From: Trichoplax sp. H2
Taxonomy: Eukaryota
Length of the DNA stretch: 64,000 nt
Reading direction: 5' to 3'
Assembly: GCA_003344405.1 (NCBI GenBank)
Contig: NOWV01000287.1
Span: forward strand, 1-64,000
Below the pieces are notes generated by a model that was given only the letters and a program-made list of their open reading frames with translations, made no database searches and had not been told where the DNA came from. Numbering within the stretch: position 1 is the first letter of the stretch; every line of letters begins with the position of its first letter. Position numbers and translations under genes: made by a program. Positions 13,056 through 26,999 of this stretch are shown one piece after another.

Positions 13056-16000
13056 TTATAAATCAGTATTAATGCATTCTTTTCTAGATTCTAGATCTAT
13101 ACGTTGATCCGATTCTTCGAGCAGATCATCATAACGTGGCGGACAGAATGGCAGGTATTTTGTACATGTAAATTTATGAAAGAAATCGGACAGTCCAAAC
13201 GGAAGATCATATGATCTTTTCATATCTTTTATGTATTCATTGCTTAGTTCATTCGATGCAATCGAAGTTTCTTGAGACCACATATGTAGACCACGTTCTT
13301 CCACAGTACCAGGAAGAATATTATCAAGGATTAAAGCAATTATTCCTCCAATAGCAATATTAGTACTGAGTAAAACGACAATAATTTGATCTAGTTCTAC
13401 TACGTTAGTTTTGATTACAGATGAATTAGTGCCCGTTCTCAGCCAAGTAGGGAAAGCCATACCAAAAATGAGTGACAAACCAACGATAAAGATATTTCTC
13501 GGCGAATTCATATTGCAGTACTGTAAATTGGATATACCAACTGCTGTTACTAGTCCAAACATAACAATAAAAACGCCGCCAACAACAGGATTAGGTATCG
13601 ATGCAAAAAGTGCTCCAAATTTGCTAAATATGGCTAAGATAACCATTATAATTGCTCCACATTGAATTACAGCCCGACTACCAACCTTTAGCATAATGAT
13701 AAATATGATGTTCAAAAATTATTTGATAGTGCTCGTATGCAATCCACGATATAACTATATTAATCCTTCGCCTTTTTCGTTAAGAAACTTATTCAATAAA
13801 ATCATAACTTACCCTAGTTATACCAATGGCTCCAATATTTTCACTGTACGACGTTGTTCCACTACCAGTGCCAATCATCCCAGCTAATACACATCCTATT
13901 CCTTCCATACCGATACCGCGATTAATAGCATGCGTCGGTGGAGGTTTAGCACCAGCAAGTCTAGCACAAGCGTAATAATCGCCAATCGATTCGATCATAG
14001 ATGCCAATACTCCCGCTAGCATACCAAATACGCTAGCAATAGAGACAGTAGGCATACCCCATTGAACTAAAGTGAATCAAGATGATATTAAGATATGCGA
14101 AATTCTATTAATCTAATAAAGTTAGTCAGTTATATAATCGATTATATTAACGTAATGATTACAGTATAATTATAATAAATTTGTATTCATATAATATTAT
14201 ATTAGGAGTTAAAGTGATTTATCATACAAGGATATGGAAATCGAAACCACGGTGATGATTCCAGTACAGAAATTCTAGCATCAGTTCTAGCAAAATAAGT
14301 TGGATTAGCTGGATCAGAGGTGAAAGCACCAGCAGCTGTAAGGATAGCCGATACGATCCATGATGCTATAACAGCAATCATCACCTAAATTTGGGAAAAG
14401 TCAATAGAATATTCATACGTCACGTTCTATATATCATTATTGCGTGGAAAAAAGGAAAATAGGGAAGTAAAATTCAAAGGTTACTCCAGTTTACTATTTC
14501 CTGAAGATTTTATTAGTGGCGTTCTCAAAATAATTTTAGAATTTTACTTTTACAATATTTACGTATATAAAATAAGGATTAATTTATACTATTAAATAGC
14601 TACTACTATTGTTATCATAAAGTATGATACTGTATTATTACATCTCCCTTCCAATAAGAATAAGATTTACTTCAGCTAATTGATGAAGTTTTATAATTAT
14701 TAATAGAATCAAGATACTCTAAATCATTAAAATATCATGAGCGATTTCTATACCGGGAAGAGTCTAAATATGTGGACTCTAGTGATATAACAGCCTTTCC
14801 CTCTCTGAAAAGCGGGTATTGGAATAGGAAATCTTTCCAGAACTTGTGAGAAAAGGCCAATAAAGAATATTGTCCTAAGAATTCGAATGTGTAAAAAGCG
14901 AAATGCATGTATTAGAGAGTTAATGTTTTTCTAATATTTAGATTTAGTGTAAGTAATATGATTTAATACTTCATCATATTATACCGGTAACTTATACTTA
15001 TACTTACAATATCGCCATACCCCAGTGAGAAGCTATAATGAAAATGGATAACATAAAGTTAGTGCTAAAGAAATTAATATTTAAAATGTAATATACTAAA
15101 TATATGATTATATGCAATATTTCTACATAATTATAGCTCTTTAAATCAGTTAAAAATTCTAATCGCTTTCATACACGAATAAAAGGTAGCTGGATCGATT
15201 AACGTTAATCCAACTAAAGTAATCGTAGGAGCAATAGTGATCGGTCCAATAAATCTTAGGCAAAGTCCAATTATGCCAGAAAAACCAATGATTAACTGAA
15301 ATAGCGATGATAGCATGACAGCTCCTTGGATCTTGTAATAAAGTAGAGCATTTTTATTACTAGCTTATGCATGATTTAAATATAAACAAGTTGTTAGTAT
15401 AATAAAGATATTGGAGAGCTTATAAAAAATTACCTAGACTTGGACTTTATAAAGAAGACATGATTACATTTCTACAGAAATGTGTAAACTTATCGTTCTG
15501 CTGTTACTTAGCCATTACCAACTAATTAACTAGCGAATGACATAAAGAAAAATTACCTCTCGCATACGAGATTGCCACATTTCTGTTTGATTTTCTTGCT
15601 GGGCCAATGTCAGGTCTACGTAGATCATCAAGGAAAATGTTATTTAGTTAGCAATAAAGCATTCTTTCATTGCTGTAACGTCAATTTATTTCTGGTGGTT
15701 AATAAAATGATAGGAAATATGTATGAGCTAAGAAAGAATACATGCAAGTACATGCTATACTATTCTGATGAATGTTTAGTCATGTGTTGTACATAGCATA
15801 TAGCGAAACATGCAGAGTAGGAAATGATAGTAAAATTCTTTAATATAACTTACTTGCCCAAGGCAAAACATTCGGACTACAAGTACCCTTCCATTTATCA
15901 AGTGCCATAATAGCGACAGTTGGTGCTACAAAGGTAAAGGATCCTCCTTGCACGATTGGCAGCCTGTAAATTTTGTTTGTTAATCATTTATTTGTTAATG

Positions 16001-17232
16001 AAATGACTATAGTTATGTAAACAATCACGAAAGTCCTATATGTGATTATGTGATACGAAAAAGTGAACTTAAGATGTACAACATCGCGAACGTTAAAAGT
16101 TGCATGTGTGTCAATAAAATTTTTTCTCTAGAGATTAGCTATTTTTTATTTCATATTTCATGTTGAAATGGGTTCTGGTGATATGTATATTGATGGTACA
16201 TGTAACAATTTTCATCACGAAGTTAATTAATATTAGATATAAGAGGCATTTGAGCCATACTTATAATAAAAATAAGACAAACCTGATGCCAAATGTTGCT
16301 TGCAATAACGTTGAAATACCAGATACAAAAAAAATGGTGGAAATCAAGTTGCTTATAGCTAATGGATTATTAAAACCAATGCAAAGTGGTGCCGCTAAGA
16401 CAAATGGTAAAGAAATAGTTGCCCCGAACATTGTCAAGTAATGCTATAGAAAATTATAAGAACAGTTGCAATCAATCAATTATGCTCGAATAAAGCTAAG
16501 AGTTAACTTTAATACTGTTTAAACAACTTAATGAAAATAAAATCAATCCAGTAAAAAGAATCAGCTATACGAGTATTGCCACTGTAGATGAAAAATCGAT
16601 TGGATAAACACAAAGTTATTACTTGTAATCCTAGACCAATAGTATATAGAAATGGAGGAACTTCATGAAGCTTATAGACAACTAAAAAAGTGATCAAGAA
16701 TCATTTGATCAATTTAATTTATGAGTTTAGCAATGGAGAAATCAATCATAATCAAGAGTAAACGAAGTTTGTCATCATTTAATTATTATCGTTTATCTAT
16801 AACATTTTATCGGCATTAGATACTTACCAAAGCTTTTCTCATCATTCTGTATCATGAGATAATGAATATTGAAAAGATAGAATAAAAAATACATACAATA
16901 AATAATCTGAATATTAATATGATATTTAAAATATAGGATTAGCTATTGGAATCTGCTGATATTGGTGAAATCGATATCCCAGCAGCAGCAAATTGATGTA
17001 TCAAGACTTCTTTATCTTAATATTTAAAAGCATTAACCTAAACCATTAATTTTTTGTAAAATTAGAGAACGATATCAACTGTTGCTACAATCTAGGTAAA
17101 TTGAAATACAGGCTTCTAAATACATGCTTATTTGTACCCGAAGTAAAACTAACATACCTTGATGGTACCATTGCAATTTTCCTGTTGGTGATTTTCTGTC
17201 ATCGTATCATCATGATTGGAATTAGTTGCCAT
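13056..17232 (-). CDS. SLC23A-like: SLC23/NAT family transporter, paralogue 2; 12 exons, 608 aa
   Basis: Exons 17232-17158, 16846-16828, 16681-16623, 16443-16283, 15963-15854, 15615-15557, 15331-15175, 15032-15008, 14874-14754, 14384-14228, 14066-13813, 13685-13056 (1827 nt). Exon 2-12 sizes and phases match paralogue 1. Signature [11 protein letters not shown]. Confidence 0.95.
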
Positions 17233-17361
17233 TGCTAATGTCACGGCGAGATTTTATTCGTGAAGAGGTGATTAAAATAAATTGATTAGCAACTTAGATG
17301 TTGGAAATATGGCACAAGCAATGTCTCCTCGAAGCAAGCGCTTAATTTTTTTGTAAATAAT

Positions 17362-17386
17362 TTTGAGGTAGCACCGGGGTAGTCTT
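17362..17386 (-). promoter_or_regulatory. Conserved upstream element of SLC23 paralogue 2 (TGAGGTAG CACCGGGGTAGTCTT; bZIP-like half altered)
   Basis: ~130 bp upstream of the ATG; aligns with 7846-7870. Confidence 0.45.
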
Positions 17387-17679
17387 TTGCTACAATATAT
17401 ATTATCAGTATCAAATCAAGGCGGCGGCAAAAAAATATGGGAAATTTACATAATTGACATTGTTGTAAAGGCGGTAAAAAAAAATAGTTTGCTCGTATGT
17501 ATGTTTAAGCAGTTTGTTTATTTATCTCTTATGGTTAAATATTTTATCTATTCTGGGACTTGTCGTACTTAGAAATGGCTACTCCAAATAATTGCGTTCA
17601 TAGAGTAGAATAAAATAATTTGATATCCAAAGGATTATAAGAAACGTCATAAGCATAGCGTTACAACGCATTTAAAAGC

Positions 17680-20600
17680 TAGCACTAATAACAGTTGTGC
17701 TTCCATTTTACAGTTCTTATTTTACTCTTTTAGTCTATCATATACGACGTATGGTTAGAACCAGGGGCAGGGTTAACAAATAAATAATTTGCAATACGTC
17801 ATTACTCCAGTCAAGTTTAACTTTCATCAATAGACGGTAAACAACAATATCTCTAAGCTTTTACTTGCTGTCAGGATTTTCTGCAATGACATTGCTAATA
17901 AACAAAGTTTTTATGGCCGTAATTGTTTGACCACCATGAGACCCAATATACTATAGTGCGAATGAGGTACCGTACTTTAATGGAAGAGAGGGATGATATT
18001 CATGATGGAGCGATAAATCGTTAGCTGTGATTATTTAATTTTTCTGGTGCTGGTTGGTATTTTGTGGCAGGATGATCATTTACAATCGTTAGTAAATTTC
18101 AGTGATAGGCACTAAGTCTAGTTTTGATTTATCATGTACGATGAAGTTTATTGGTAAATAAAGACCATAAAAAGTAAATTGTTACAAAGGCTAATCATGA
18201 TTAAGATCACACAGGTCCTACAGTTTTTATTAAGGTCTACAGGCCTGCAGAACAGATCAATCTTGTGTATATAGGCCTTAATTGTCAATAGCAAGTTTTA
18301 TTCTGCAAATGAATGGAATATATTCTCTTCGCGCATTTAACTGACTCCTACCTCATACTTTATAAAGGATTAGCTTAATTTTTTAAGCACAGAAGTAAGC
18401 TAATACTGATTAAGCATTATTTATGGCCTTAAAGTGCGTAAAAATGGATCAAATTATGCACTATCGATTAAAGGATGTAAGGTTCATTCAAGATATTATG
18501 GTTCAGGCTATTCGGGCAAAATAATTGTAATAGTTGTCTGGTTATTCAATTTTGAACTGATAGCATACTTTGGAAGTAAGTAATATCCAAAAAATAAACA
18601 ACAACTTTACATAACTGGCTTTTTAAAGCTGCTGCAAAATATCTCCAGTCACTTGCTATCAAAGGAAACAAAACGGAAATGGCGATGAATGAAATTATAC
18701 AGTCAGATTGCATCTATGGTCAATATAAGTTGATGATCAATGTATGTTTAGGTAAAGTGATGTTAGGCTTGTTAAAATGGGAATACATAATGTACAATAT
18801 GCCATTTTTTCCTTACGGCAAGTGTAACCCGGGTATCAGCTGATTTACTTTTGGAGTCGATGATTGTGAAGCATTGGGTATCGAAAGAGCTGGCAATAAA
18901 CTTATAATAGTCTGTACTTCAGAGGTGATATTCGCTATTAGATAACTTATTGGTGAATGGATAGTATTGAATTGAGAAGTAAAGTTCTCGAGAATCATAC
19001 ATCGCAAGAAAACAAAAATTTTTTGAATTATAATTTATATTACAAAGTCCAGTATATTAATTGGTGCACGATACATTTATTGAATAGCAGAAAGGCAGAA
19101 AGCATGAGCTTAATTTAATAATTGCAAATTTGGAATAAATTTGCGTAGATTTATAAAATTGATCGGACTTGATTAGTGTTATAAAGTTTAATAATGAAAT
19201 TCAATACAAAAATATAGATATACAGCAATTACGATGTTACATATAATTAATTCATCACAGATTAATTTGATTAGGATTGTCTTATACTCTGGAAGTTAAT
19301 ACATATGCAACACTTAGGATTTTGCATATTAATTCAGAGGCAATACATAGCACAACAGGTTCAGCACTTCTTACCAAAGCATAGATACTCGTATACAGTA
19401 TATAAGAAGACTACATGCAAAATAGAATACGATGACATCAATAACTATATATTAGACAGTTATACTACCCTTGCATTTCTATAATTGTTTAAGAAAATAA
19501 TTTCATAGAAGGACATATACTGACCTGCTACTACAATGAAGTAATTTCTACTCTTTATATCTTGATATAGAATTATATAATTTTAATCTAAATTAATGAA
19601 TTTAACTAATCATAATTGTATTTGTTCAAAATTTTTATAAACTGTTTCATATTTTATTCTATTTGTGTTATTTAGAACAATAATTTTTTAGTAGTAAATG
19701 TGTAAGGTAGTCGTATAGGCATTTAAATATCTTTACAATTTGGTGATCGTTTAACGAAATCCTCCTAATGAAATCGAATTTCAGATACTAAAATTTTACG
19801 CTAATTCAAGAATCTGACTAAGATTATCTCGCGTGATGCATAAGAATTTAATTTTCTAATCTACTCTTAAAATATTGTACCGGTATCAATCATTCCTGTG
19901 ATAAATACAATCAAATTGGGTCGGCTTTGGTTGGATTGAATTAGAAGAAAAACGATAATAGTAATTCTAATTTTTAATTATAGGTTACCTTATAGACCCC
20001 AAGCGATCATGAGTACTGCTGACTGATAAGAATGGCATAAATAATATACTGTAAGGTACAGGTATAAAGATGATTTACATAATTCAAAAGTGCTCACAGT
20101 TATGATTTACTGCGCTATTCTCAGAGCAGTAATCCGTTTATCTAAGATAATTAATCTAGCCACTTTCAACTGTTTTATTAGGTAGGTAAGAATTCATACG
20201 ATGAGCTTCTTGCAATGAACAAAATTGTATTACGTATAACAAAATATCGTTAAGAAGCATTTTACAAAGCATTCTCTAACTAGCGATCATCGTATCTCTG
20301 TACTGCAATTTTCATCATCTACTAAGTCAATAATGAAAAATGCTTTTAATCTTATAATGCATTACTGCTGTGGTGTAAATAATATCTGAAAGTCAAATTT
20401 TATAGTAGCAGAAATCATGAAACTCATATTTTAATAGGATCAGAGGAGATCGCTATTTACGAGAATACGCATTACCAGCTATGCAAGTAAATAAGTTAAT
20501 TATAAGTTATTACTAATTGTTCATTACGTCTATTCATATCTTTTTCGATTTCTCAATTTATGAACGTATACTAATTCATTCATAATAACAAGCTTATGCT

Positions 20601-21500
20601 AATGTCAAAATTAAATGGGAAAATCTTTGATTTTTAATCTTCATTACCTTAGAGTATTAGAGATCTCTTGTGTCAACACCGGTGTCGAGGTTTTTCAAAT
20701 CGGAAAATCACACTATGTAAAATTATTATAATATTGCTGCTATACGAGTAAAAATAATAATTAACACTTTAAATACCGATAACAATCTGGAAAAATTTTT
20801 AGCAATCTCCGTCCTTTACAAAAGTATTAGCTTCCTAACCCGATCTTCGAGTATTAATGCAGAATTCAGAATTCTTTTCCTATATTACTATTGGACTTTT
20901 TTCCTTCGTTATACATCGCTGAGAACAGCTTGTATGTTATAGAATTTCTGAATTACAAATATTTATATATATTCATTAGATATCGTAATGTTTATTATAA
21001 TCATAGTAGTTACTAACCGGGTTAAATTGGAACAGCTATAGCTGAACATTTACATAGAATTACTGTAAATGGTCAAATAAATTTCGTAGAAAAGGCATGA
21101 AAGTAGTAGAATAGAATTTATGCACCTTAGTTGGATCCTAGAATAACTAAGGGGTTGCGAATGATTTCAGTATAGATATATTAAGATATCGATTACTAAA
21201 AGTTTCTAATCATAGATGCGGTAGTCCTTTATATGACTTAGCTACGATCTGTATTCATTATTCAAATCATGACCGTAACTTTTTTATGTTCGGTATATAA
21301 TTTCTTATTTAAAATATAAAATATGTACTGTTCAATGCCATAATTTCCATTCAAGGATGATCGAATATAAGGGAAAAATCAGAATAATGATAAATTATTT
21401 CTTGCTTTATTTACCATAGAATAAGAATGTAATCCAGCTCCAAAAATTAACCTAGAATTAAAGTTGGCTTATATTCAACTCATGAAGGCTACTAAATAAG
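17680..21500 (+). pseudogene. Decayed LGR remnant 3 (between SLC23 paralogues 2 and 3)
   Basis: LRR-like GRNCLTTMRPNIL (17915); TM2-like NSFIITSLC*CQN*MGKSLIF (20573); TM3-end LEKFLAISVLY (20787); TM7-like LFLALFTIE*ECNP (21395). The order is correct for an LGR. Confidence 0.6.
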
Positions 21501-21785
21501 GTGTAAATGAAAGTTTTATAGAGAGTCATCGTTAGTGAGAACATTAGCTGGAGAACATCAAGTTAAGAACAGAAGAAACCCTAAGAGCATAACAACAGTT
21601 GTATTTCTCTAGCGGATATTATAAAGTTGGTACTTAAACTGACAATGTTCAACACCGTTTTAATCTCGATAAAGTTAGTATCGGCTATTATTTATAATAT
21701 ATGATAATAATAAAAATAAAAGCGTAGTGAGAAATTTAAAGCAAAAGCTATTAATGCTGCTGCTGTACTAAATTAAACCAATTAT

Positions 21786-24700
21786 TTATACTACAGTACT
21801 AATGTATTCTTTCCTAGATTCCAGATCTATGTGTTGCTCTGATTCTTCTATCAGATCATCATAACGTGGTGGACAGAATGGCAGATAATTTGTGCATGCA
21901 AATTTCTGGAAGAAAGTAGACATTCCAAATGGAAGATCATATGATCTTTTTATATCTTTTGCGTATTCATAACTCATTACATTCGATGCATTCGCTGTTT
22001 CTCGAGACCATATATGCATACCACGTTCTTCCAAAGTACCAGGAAGAATATTGTCAAGGATTAAAGCAACAAATCCTCCAACAGCAATGTTAGTACTGAG
22101 TAAAACGATAATAATTTGATCCAGTTCTGTTACGTTAGTTTTAATTACAGATGAGTTAGTGCCCGTTCTTAGCCAAGTAGGGAAAGCCATACCAAAAATA
22201 ATCGATATACCAACAACAAAGATGTTTCTTGACGAATTCATATTACAGAACTGAAGATTGGATAGGCCAACTGATGTTACTAGTCCAAACATAACAAGGA
22301 ATACTCCCCCAACGATAGGATTAGGTACTGATGCAAAAATGGCTCCAAATTTGCTTATAATGGCTAAGATGATCATTATAACAGCACCACACTGGACTAC
22401 AGCACGGCTGCCAACCTTTAGCATAATAGCAAAGACGATAATCAACAATTGTTTTGTAAATTCAAAGAGCTACAGTAGAAAGTACATTGAATCATCGTCT
22501 ATACTGTTAATAAAATTATTCAGTAATATCATAACTTACCCTAGTTATACCAATGGCTCCTACATTTTGGCTATAGGAGGTGGTTCCGTTACCAGAGCCA
22601 ATCATACCAGCTAACACACATCCTATTCCTTCCATACCAATACCACGATTAATAGCATGTCTCGGTGGAGGTTTGGCACCAGCAAGTCTAGCACAAGCAT
22701 AATAATCGCCAATCGATTCGATCATAGATGCTAATACTCCCGCCAGCATACCAAATACACTAGCAACAGAGACTGTAGGTGTACCCCATTGAACTAAAGT
22801 TAAATGTATTGTAATTAGTAAAGTAAGCCAAGTCATTCGGTTATACGATTATATGTATATAAACGATTAAAGTATAATTATAATTAATTTGCATTCATAT
22901 TTTACATTAGGAGTTAAAGTGATTTGTTAATGCATTTATCATACAAGGATATGGAAATCGAAACCAAGGTGATGTTTGTAATACAGAGATTCTAGCATCA
23001 GTTCTGGCAAAATAGGTTGGATTAGCTCGATTTGAGGTGAAAGCACCAGCAGATGTAAGGATAGCCGATAATACCCATGATGTTATGACAGCAATCAATA
23101 CCTAAATTTAGAAAAAGTCATTAGAGCGTTGATATTTCGGATTCCAGACATCATTTTTACATCATACGCGTATATAGACAAATTCGAGAGTAAATTACAA
23201 AGGCTGCTCAGATTTACTATTTTCTGTAGTTTTTATTATATTGTTACTTACGAGTATTTTCTATACCCAAATATTTTTAGTATTTTTTTATTTTACAATT
23301 TGTTTATCACTTCGATATAACGATAAGATTTACTCGGGGTAAATGATAAACTGTTATAATCATTAATAGAACAGATATATCGTAAAGTATTTAATTATCA
23401 TAAACGATTATCGTACCGGGAAGAGCCTGAATATGTGCACTCTAGTAACATAACAGCCTTTCCCTCTCTGAAAAGCGGGCATTAGAACAGGAAATCTCTC
23501 CAGAACTTGTGAGAAAAGGGCGATAAAGAATACCGTCCTAACAAATTATAATGATGTACGAGAGCAAATTATACAGGACTTCTTATTCTAACATTTAAAT
23601 TCATTTAATTTAACACTTTATCATAATATAACTTATACTTACAATATCGCTATGCCCCAGTGGGAAGCTATAATCAAAAATAGATACCCAGAGTCAATAT
23701 TAAGAATTTAGCATGTAAAATTTATCAAAATTACTTTATTATGACTAGATATTTGATCACATATTCCTATACAATTATAACTCTATTGACTGATTATTAA
23801 CTTTAAATATTTATCATTTTCATACATGAATAAAATGTAGCCGCACTAATTATCGATAACCCAATTAAAGTAATCGTCGGAGCGATGGTAATTGGTCCAA
23901 TAAATCGTAGGCAAAGTCCAATTATACCAGAAAAACCAATGAATATTTGAAATAGGGATGATAGCATGATAGCTCCTTGGATCTTTTAATAAATATAACG
24001 TTATTATTACCAGTTTCAGTATAGTTAAAATATAAATTAGTTACCGGTAAGCAAAATATATTTAGGAATACTCGTTTATTCAACTTGGACTCACTAAGAA
24101 GCATAATTTCATTTATGTGAAATTAGAAACGAATTCACCGCGTTGTAGCTACTAACTTATTACTACCTATAATTCTCGACTTCGACAAGGATAAATTACC
24201 TCTCGCATCCGAACTTGCCACATTTCTGTTTGATTTACTTGCTCATCCATTGTAAGATCTAAACAATCAAAAAGCCAAGTAATATTTATTTAATAATTCT
24301 CTCTGCATTACTCAGTCTTCTATTTTATTTCTGGTGGCTAAGAATACTATGGCAAATTTCAGATGATGAGAAAGAATGTATGCAAGTACATATAGTACAA
24401 TTTAATACTTGATTTAGTTAAGTATAGAAATGGTAAAGCCTGCAATGAAGAAGATAGTACTACAGTATTCTATACAATCACGTACTTGCCCAGGGTAAAA
24501 CATTTGGTCTGCAAGTGCTTTTCCATTTATCCAGTGACATAATAGCAATAGTTGGAGCTATAAAGGCAAAGGATCCTCCCTGTACGATTGGTAGCCTATA
24601 AATTTGGTTTATTAATCACTTGTTGTATTCATTAAAAGATAAACTATAGTTTGGTAAACAATGCCAAAAGGACTGTGTAATATGCATGTTAAAGGACACA

Positions 24701-26141
24701 AATGGACCAACTTAAGAGATCTAGCACAACTGATATTAAAGAGTAATTATCTGTGAATAAAACTTTCTATAAGCTCTATTTTTTGGTGGTTGTCTTACTA
24801 AAATTGTCCCAGATCAAGTGATTAACATAAATAAATATGGAACAAATAGTTTTTCCTTCGGAAGTAGTTACCGTCTACCACACATATTAGCTCTGCATTA
24901 ATGATATGATTTTAAATCGGAATTAATTATATGAACTATTTAAATAATCTAATAATCATTGCTAGCACGGAATTCAATGGTAAATGAAACGGTCCAAGAT
25001 GACCATTTACTGAAATAAGATGCCAGCGAATCATGAGAAAGTTGCCTCTCAGTATAGTACGAATTTCATGGCTAATGTTTGTTCATTCGTGCAGCCAAAG
25101 GACTTACGGTAAAATGAAAAAAAAAAAAATTATACTCTCTACTCTAATTCAGTGTAGAGCTCCATCCGCTTTTGAATTAAATTATAGAAATGCAAGTTAT
25201 AAACATTATAAAAATGACCTATTTAGACAAACCTGACGCCAAATGTTGATTGCAATAACGTAGCAAGGCCAGACATGAAAAAAATGGTGGAAATCAACTG
25301 ACTTATGGCTAATGGATTATTATTACCGATGCAAAGCGGTGCGGCGAGGACAAATGGTAAAGAAACAGTGCTCCCAAACATCGTTAAGTAATGCTACAGA
25401 AATAGTAGGAGCAGTTAGTATCGGCAATCAATTCATTATGGTGTGATAACGCTGGCACTTGACGTGAATTATATTAAAAAATATTGAGTGAAAACGAAAT
25501 CAATCTAGTGAAAAGAATTAGTCCTATTGCTACCGTAGATGCAAAACCGATGAAATATAACTCCAAGTCATTACTTGTAGTCCTAGAGCAATAGTATACA
25601 GAAATGGAGGAACTTCATGAAGTTTATAGACCACTAAAAGAAAGTGATTCAAATGGTTTAATCTTATTTACAAGTTTAAGCCAAGTTTACCATCATTAAT
25701 GATTATCATTTATCACTTAATATTGTATCAACATTAGGTACTAACCAGCGCTTTTCTTATCATCCTAAATCATGAGTTCAATATATTGAAATGATAGAAT
25801 AAAAATGATAGACATAATAAGTGAGTACAATGTTAAAATAACGCGTTAAATAGGTGCATAAGATTCAACAAAGTCGATGAAGTGGATATCGGTAGCAACA
25901 AGTTAAATTATTAAGACCTTTTATCTTGATGCTTAAATAATTAGCCTATCCCATTTAGACGGCTACAAAGTAACATAGGTATCAGCTCCTGGTAACTGAT
26001 ACTTTAATTAAAATACATGCTGCACCCACGTATTTATTTGCATCAGAAGGAAGACTAATTTTATACCTGGGTAGCACTGTCGTGATTTTGATGTTGATGA
26101 TTCTCCATCATTGGTTTCTCCTGGTCAGTTTTGGTCGCCAT
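21786..26141 (-). CDS. SLC23A-like: SLC23/NAT family transporter, paralogue 3; 12 exons, 608 aa; Q-type signature
   Basis: Exons 26141-26067, 25764-25746, 25633-25575, 25393-25233, 24595-24486, 24258-24200, 23982-23826, 23667-23643, 23537-23417, 23101-22945, 22793-22540, 22415-21786 (1827 nt). Signature [11 protein letters not shown]. Confidence 0.95.
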
Positions 26142-26270
26142 TGCTAATGCTACTCCGAGATTTCAATAGCAATAATGATGGCTTGGTTAATTAAAGCCAA
26201 TTGATTAGAAGTAAGATGGTATACTAGTAATGTCTTCTTGTAACAATCTTTCTGTTCTATAGTGACGAGC

Positions 26271-26294
26271 TTTGACGTAAACCGGGTGGATCTT
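26271..26294 (-). promoter_or_regulatory. Conserved upstream element of SLC23 paralogue 3 (TGACGTAA ACCGGGTGGATCTT)
   Basis: ~130 bp upstream of the ATG; aligns with 7846-7870. Confidence 0.5.
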
Positions 26295-26999
26295 ACGTTG
26301 AATTAAATTTAAATCTTTTGTTCAGGACTTTCTTTCCCGTAATTACCTTATTCCCTTGCGTTTTAGAACTAAGGTACAATAAAAAGTCAAAGAAGAGGAT
26401 AAAACAGTAACTTCGTATACTTAACGGTAGTTAATGACTTAAACAATTACCTCAGCTCTTCCAAAAATTGCATAATAAAATTGCCACTATGAAAAATTGA
26501 CCTATTCGTGCATGTATAGTCCATTTATATTCTTTATTTTAAAGCTCTATTTAAAAAAATAATTTTCCTAATTACTTTAAAGAAGTAAGCCTCGTCAATA
26601 GGATTTTTTTATTTCATTATTATAAGTGTCTATATTGCAATATTTAATACAACCTAATGAATGGCTCACTATGCCATTCCCCCACATATAGATATATATT
26701 TACTTAGGTTATTAAAGATCATCGTATATATTATTGAATTATTAATTAAATTATATTCATCGTAACGGACTGATTTGTGATTATGAAGTACTACCGTATG
26801 CAATAATCATTAGCATAGAATAGAATCTGATATCATGCTGCAAATAGCAACAAATATCTATAACCAACGATGTAGCTATCTAGTTAAAGCAGTTACTGTA
26901 AATTGTTCTGAAGTATTTATGACTGAATAAGACGGTACAAGATTTATGAATTATTACTAGTATGAAAATCTTAAGTTGGTGATGAATTAATATTTTAAA

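Noticed and set aside
18813..19007. 64-aa minus-strand ORF ending near a GT donor
   Set aside because: No recognisable domain or partner exons; the region fits plus-strand remnant 3.
3345..26141. Calling the transporters SVCT1/2 vitamin C transporters (SLC23A1/A2 orthologues)
   Set aside because: The signature has E or Q, not the P of SVCT1/2; orthology cannot be shown without a tree.
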